DNA of 63,902 nt, the filler included, from Lenisia limosa (taxonomy: Eukaryota > Protista > Breviatea): NCBI GenBank assembly GCA_001655205.1. It is 15 parts of 15 records of this genome, joined end to end, with 100 filler letters (N's around TTAATTAATTAA, not from the genome) between each part and the next. Parts side by side here need not be neighbours in the genome. Positions count along the whole stretch, not along the records: positions 58,499 to 59,849 come from LPNZ01004565.1; positions 59,950 to 61,822 come from LPNZ01007042.1; positions 61,923 to 63,902 come from LPNZ01003258.1; 12 more parts are not named here. The stretch is one strand, 5' to 3'. Both the position numbers and the translations under genes were made by a program. The notes below the pieces were generated by a model. It did no database searches. It had not been told where the DNA came from and was given only the letters and a program-made list of their open reading frames with translations. Shown here one piece after another: positions 59,110 through 63,902 of the stretch (its first letter is position 1; each line of letters opens with the position of its first letter).

Positions 59110-60399
59110 TAAGATTATTGTTTGATTGGTTGGGGGTAGTTTTACTTGCTGAATTGCGATGACATTGGATTATAATAGGATCATAGTGGATTGGTTATCA
59201 GGATGCATTTGGCATTTGGGTACTGTCATCACTTTCCTCTTTGCCAACTAAGGCTTCACTTCGGTTCGAAAAATACCGGATGCTCTTCTGATTTGACTGC
59301 TACAATCCCAGTGAATTTTACCCCTCTAGTTCGGCCCGTCTGTACACCTGTATGTTCAAGAAGTTCTAAGCTGTCTTTGAATTATATATTATGTACATGT
59401 ATGTAGCTATCAAGATTATCCCATTTAGAATACTATGAGATCCTACATTCTTATGAAAACGTTGGAGTTCCCAATTTTCGGGGAACCAATGTTTTTATGG
59501 AAAACTGACGAGCATTGAGGAGAACCAAGAGCATATCAAGATTAGCATGCAGTAAAGTCTATTAATGCGACGAAAGCTTTTTTTATAACATGCGACTCTT
59601 TTTGATTCAAAAAAAAGGCAGATGAAATTTATTTATGCATTGCACGGATTCGATAATTGTAAAAAACTGCATAGGCCATCAACAGAACTTAACAAATAAA
59701 CATCATGATAAAAAAACGACCGCTCACAACTGCCATTACGGCTCCAAAAACATATTTAATCGACCTTTTGTAGGGCCTTAACCAACTCCAAGAGTTTCTG
59801 GATGAATAAAGGAAAAGAATGTTTCAAAAGTTTGAACTATTGAAATCAANNNNNNNNNNNNNNNNNNNNNNNNNNNNNNNNNNNNNNNNNNNNTTAATTA
59901 ATTAANNNNNNNNNNNNNNNNNNNNNNNNNNNNNNNNNNNNNNNNNNNNGATAAAGTACCGTCGGTCTGAGCGGCATGCTGACCTGGCTGCGTGGATCGG
60001 AAGGTGGGATAGTGTTTGTTGTGTTCTGTTCCCTGCAACCTTCGTCTTTCTTGGATACTTCCTCAGCGGAACTGAATTTCTGGCGTATTTACATTCCAAC
60101 TGACAAAACACAGTTGGAATCTTAGCTTTTCTACAATTCATCTCTTTTCCTCGCCCCCCCCCCCCCNNNNNNNNNNNNNNNNNNNNNNNNNNNNNNNNNN
60201 NNNNNNNNNNNNNNNNNNNNNNNNNNNNNNNNNNNNNNNNNNNNNNNNNNNNNAACCATGACAACATGCAATTAATTTTTTGAAGAAATTAATTGACAAA
60301 GTTTGAAATTAAAGTGTCTGAAATGGAGTTCTCATGACAATAGGTCTCACTTCAAATTTGCCAATTAATTTTTCAATTAATTGCGCGGAGCCCTAAAAA

Positions 60400-61410
60400 C
60401 ATTATATCTGGACATTTGCTTTTTTTGGGGGTGTGAGGTGTGGGTCTTCCTATGGAAATGCCATTCAAGTTTATTGAATAAGGCCTCGTTCATCTCGCTT
60501 ATTTCCGATTTTTTGTTGCTCTACCTAGAGTTACAAGTCATTTTTCTGCTACAAAACAACTTATTCGCAGAATGACATGGATTGGCTTGCAGACATCCAT
60601 GGCACAGCAGCTGATACTCTGGAAAGTCTGCTGGCTTGAGTGGGATTCCAAGTTTATTCGAGTTTCATACTTCTTCTTCATAAGTAGCTCTCCCACCCAG
60701 ATAGCTTACCTCTTGCATCTCTCTGTGAAGCAGAAATTTGGTTCCTTGTTAACATTATAGCCCATTGGTTTGAGGACCAAGGACTCTACTGCGACACCTA
60801 TTCCAAGTTCAAGGGTGGGTGGTTGGACATAAGAACGTAAAACCAGGGGTTTTTTTTCTGTCTGGAAAACCATCTCCAGGTCTCATTTGGTGTAGAAACG
60901 CACCAAGCATGCCACACAGGTTATGGTGCGCTTCTCCCCTTTGTCACCTCAATGGTGCCACTGGATAGCCCCCGCATGGCCAACTTCTTGGACGTTGTTG
61001 AAGAACTTGTTTCGGAATTTGGCCTGACGTATGGGGCTTCTGGAATGCTGTGTATGTTAGACTACACCATGTGTGTTTCAAAAATTATACAATATCTATA
61101 ATACTCACTGTTTTCAGTTCTTTGTCGGCCAAGGACAAACTCTACACTAAGGGCGAGGACTACTGGAGAGGCAATATCTGGATCAACGTCTCCTATCTCA
61201 CTCTTTCGTGTGTCTGGTTGCCATCATGGCTTGTTTGTGTTTTTCCAATAGAGTTGATTTTTCGGTTTCCCTCAAGCCTAGCTGACCATTTAGTACGTTG
61301 GATAACATCAGACACTCCAATGGGCCTCTTGCTGCTCGGGCAGGCCAATTGTACTCTCGCATACGAACGCGAACTGTTCAGACAATACACTCTGTTTGCT
61401 GCGATCACTT
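60400..61410 (-). pseudogene. Decayed intronless coding relic, possibly a DDE (hAT-like) transposase
   Basis: Long coding-like stretches broken by stops and frameshifts (HSRSPIRQAKF; MDVCKPIHVILR), no introns, abutting a family D element. Family assignment is weak. Confidence 0.3.
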
Positions 61411-62517
61411 GAATGCTTTCAATTCACTTTTTGTATCTAATCTTCTCGTGGACCTTTTCTCTCGTTCTATTTGGACTAAGTTACAATATGACTCTCTAGA
61501 ATTGGGTGTCAACAGGGATGCTCTGGGAAAACTATCATCCAACTACTGGTAAGGCCATTCATTTTAATTTTGCACTTGACTCACGCTTTAGGGAAGGGGC
61601 GAGGGTGTCATCCTTTTGCTGGGTGGTCAGCGCTGGTGGTACCTATTATGGCAGAAGTTTATCATAACTTTTAGATGTGTAATATATTATCTTTCTTGTT
61701 TCTTTCAAAACCAGTTTCTCTCCCAAATAAGGAAACAAAAATACTAATACATTACATTAAATTACACTTAGACTAAGAAAACAGCCCCACTCTCTGGGGG
61801 ATTAGAACTTGACTAGAAACCGNNNNNNNNNNNNNNNNNNNNNNNNNNNNNNNNNNNNNNNNNNNNTTAATTAATTAANNNNNNNNNNNNNNNNNNNNNN
61901 NNNNNNNNNNNNNNNNNNNNNNCCGCATCCCATCACTCCAAAGGGGGGGGGGGGTGAAGAGTTTATTAGGTGTGTCTATTTGTAATAAATGATCTTGAGC
62001 TTTTGTTGCAATAATATACAATTGTTTATGACATATTATTATATTACTATTAATACATTTGTATATCATATCTTTAAGCGCCTCAGCTTATGGAATATAT
62101 GTATATCTATATATCATATATACATATCGGGATTGCCAATCATCTAGCTATATTATATGATATGCATAGGTAGTTAGTATATGATAATTACCAATGCACC
62201 CATTCCCACATTTTATTTTATGAACTATCTATATTGATAAGCAGGTGATAGTTCGAGAAAATTGTCACGGATATCCGAACACAAACTTACAGTGACGTCA
62301 TCTTTTTTATACTTTTAACGAGTTTCACAAAAAATGGACTTATGAAAATCATAATTGTTGTTCTCTTATCTCAATATAATTACTTTTAATACACTGAATC
62401 TTAATCACACAAGCTACGCTCGTTTACGGTACGTTTTGTCCTTCGACCGAGTCAAGTTTTTGGAACTATAACCCGCTTTAACCTGCTTTAAAAAAGCCGA
62501 CACCAAAAGAAGCCCAC

Positions 62518-63145
62518 CAATCTGGAAGGCAAAAACAGTTGACTGGTTGCGGCTGAAGAAGTACTTTTCGCCGGGGACAAGTTTCCACTCGTTCTTTTCA
62601 AGGATCTACACCATCAATCGCACTCACTTTTAATTCGAACTATATTTGAGTCGCAAATATCAATGAATCGAAAATTTAATTTCAAAGTTGGACTTTACAC
62701 TAAATTGCCATTCAAAGTAATTGCTTAGGACAGCACTCTGTTTTGTATCACCACCTCATGGGGAGTGGAAATATTAGACAAGTAGAATGAGGAACTCTAC
62801 CACCCCATGCAATGGCTCACCTGGGTATAGCCGCCGGATTTGAGCATCTTCACGGTTTGCTCTACAGCGATTACCTAGGACACAACCATTGTTCCGATAA
62901 CAACCCTGTTGCCAGCCCATCAGAAAACAATACTACAGAAAACCGATTTGTCAGATAAGATCTAGAGGGGGACAATGAGGGGAAAATCAACTAATTGAGC
63001 AAGTTATCCACTATGCACTGGTGATGATGACCAACCAATGGCGTGGAAAGGCGACTTGGACTTGTCAACATATTTGCAAAACTCGGCGATAGTCTGGAAA
63101 GTCAGCCCCTTTCCCTTCTAAAACACAAAGACATACCTTTGACAT
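62518..63145 (-). CDS. DNPEP: Aspartyl aminopeptidase (peptidase M18), 5' part
   Basis: Exons MSK|KGKGLTFQTIAEFCKYVDKSKSPFHAI|EQTVKMLKSGGYTQ|ILEKNEWKLVPGEKYFFSRNQSTVFAFQIG match the M18 N-terminus (F..F...S.TPFHA...L...GF..L.E...W.L.PG.KYF.TRN.S...AF). Confidence 0.88.
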
Positions 63146-63438
63146 ATTAACAGTGCTAAAGGAAGGCTTGTGGGGCTTCAAATCTGTTCAAATTTTTCGA
63201 CAAAAAGGCCGGTATAAACCCGACACGTTATATCTGTTTTCACAGGGTTGTTTTGTTTGAACAAGCCCTTTCACAATGACAACAAGTGAGGAGAGTCAGA
63301 AGACAAGGAAATACGAGTGGCCTTCCGACCTACTCAGCTTCAAGGTTTGTTGGCGCCAAAATGATCTCACCTATCCATCCTATCGTATTTTTACAAATAT
63401 GTGATATTTATATATTGCAATGAGAAATAAAAAATAGG

Positions 63439-63617
63439 GTTGTATCTGGCTGAAGCTTCACGTTGATAAGAGATATTGGATTGTAGCATAATATTAATTC
63501 ACCCAATCATTTGCATATTATGTCATTTGGGCAAGGGAAGCAGTAAGGTGAAATAATATTATACTATTATCCAATATCTCTTATAGTGATGGTGTGGACG
63601 TCTTCGGCCAGATACAA
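63439..63617. mobile_element. Family E fold-back element (arms ~55-75 bp)
   Basis: GTTGTATCTGGC.GAAGC...ATAAGAGATATTGGATT.TAG..TAATATTA versus its reverse complement at the right end. Solo arms at 12587-12660, 21010-21062, 37120, 37742-37800, 46370-46440, 50950-50990, 51280-51345, 53697, 54295 and 63790-63860. Confidence 0.8.
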
Positions 63618-63902
63618 GCATCACATAATAAGAATTTACTAAACTATTAAGAAGTCATCGAAATTCAAACATCAGAAACCTTATTTTTCATTTCTCAGAA
63701 ATATTCTTTAACCTATTCTGAAACGTTACTTTCTTCGTCAAATTATTTGCGCGGTTGAGCCTAATTATGGATCGTCTATTATGACCATGATGGTGTGGAC
63801 GGCTTTTGGCCAGATACTAATTCAATACTTCATCTCAGTGTGGATGGCTTTGGCCGGAAATCACAATGTTCAATTTCTCTCTACATATTACGACGCCATG
63901 TG

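Noticed and set aside
59950-60166. GC-richer coding-like segment beside a C-run
   Set aside because: No consistent strand, frame or splice pattern could be established between the flanking gaps.
1782-61878. Perfectly conserved TTAATTAATTAA repeated 14 times
   Set aside because: It always lies between 44-N blocks and has stops in six frames. It is an assembly concatenation linker, not biology.
293-63902. Most entries in the supplied ORF track, including recurring MGCGA../ADNTRGL.. and FHKFSNFTPPP peptides
   Set aside because: They run through N gaps or are chance translations of families A-E. The recurring peptides simply reflect family C. Real genes are split into short exons.
1-63902. rRNA, tRNA, telomeric repeats or intact LTR/LINE reverse transcriptase
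   Set aside because: None were recognised by eye. A covariance-model scan (tRNAscan-SE, Infernal) would be needed to exclude small RNAs.

Overview
Eukaryotic draft-assembly DNA: AT-rich, intron-dense (GT-AG introns, many exons under 100 nt), standard genetic code. The gene content would fit an amoeboid protist, but the organism cannot be identified from the sequence. The window is not one locus. Fourteen artificial 100-bp spacers (44 N + TTAATTAATTAA + 44 N) join 15 separate pieces. Spliced genes, mostly partial, reconstructed by hand: thrombospondin type 3 repeat protein, WD40-like protein, receptor-type class III nucleotide cyclase (TM-HAMP-catalytic), secreted beta-helix-like protein, bacterial-type fucose-isomerase-like protein head-to-head with a gelsolin/villin-family gene, 2xSH3 coiled-coil adaptor, adenine/adenosine deaminase, CHD/SNF2 remodeller, FN3-repeat protein, a long unknown gene, a MYND zinc finger, a PAQR membrane protein and an M18 aspartyl aminopeptidase. 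Introns carry at least five families of short fold-back (MITE-like) elements, a 1.87-kb TIR element, and decayed RecQ-like and YqaJ-like mobile-element relics. The most unusual signal is a ~140-bp non-palindromic repeat ('family C') anchored to splice sites of unrelated genes. Sense copies end in poly-C+AG at acceptors and antisense copies follow GT+G-run at donors, so the C-run end faces an exon. This sits within a wider GT-poly(G)...poly(C)-AG intron architecture and suggests an introner-like or RNA-structure-based splicing system. No rRNA, tRNA or CRISPR array was seen.
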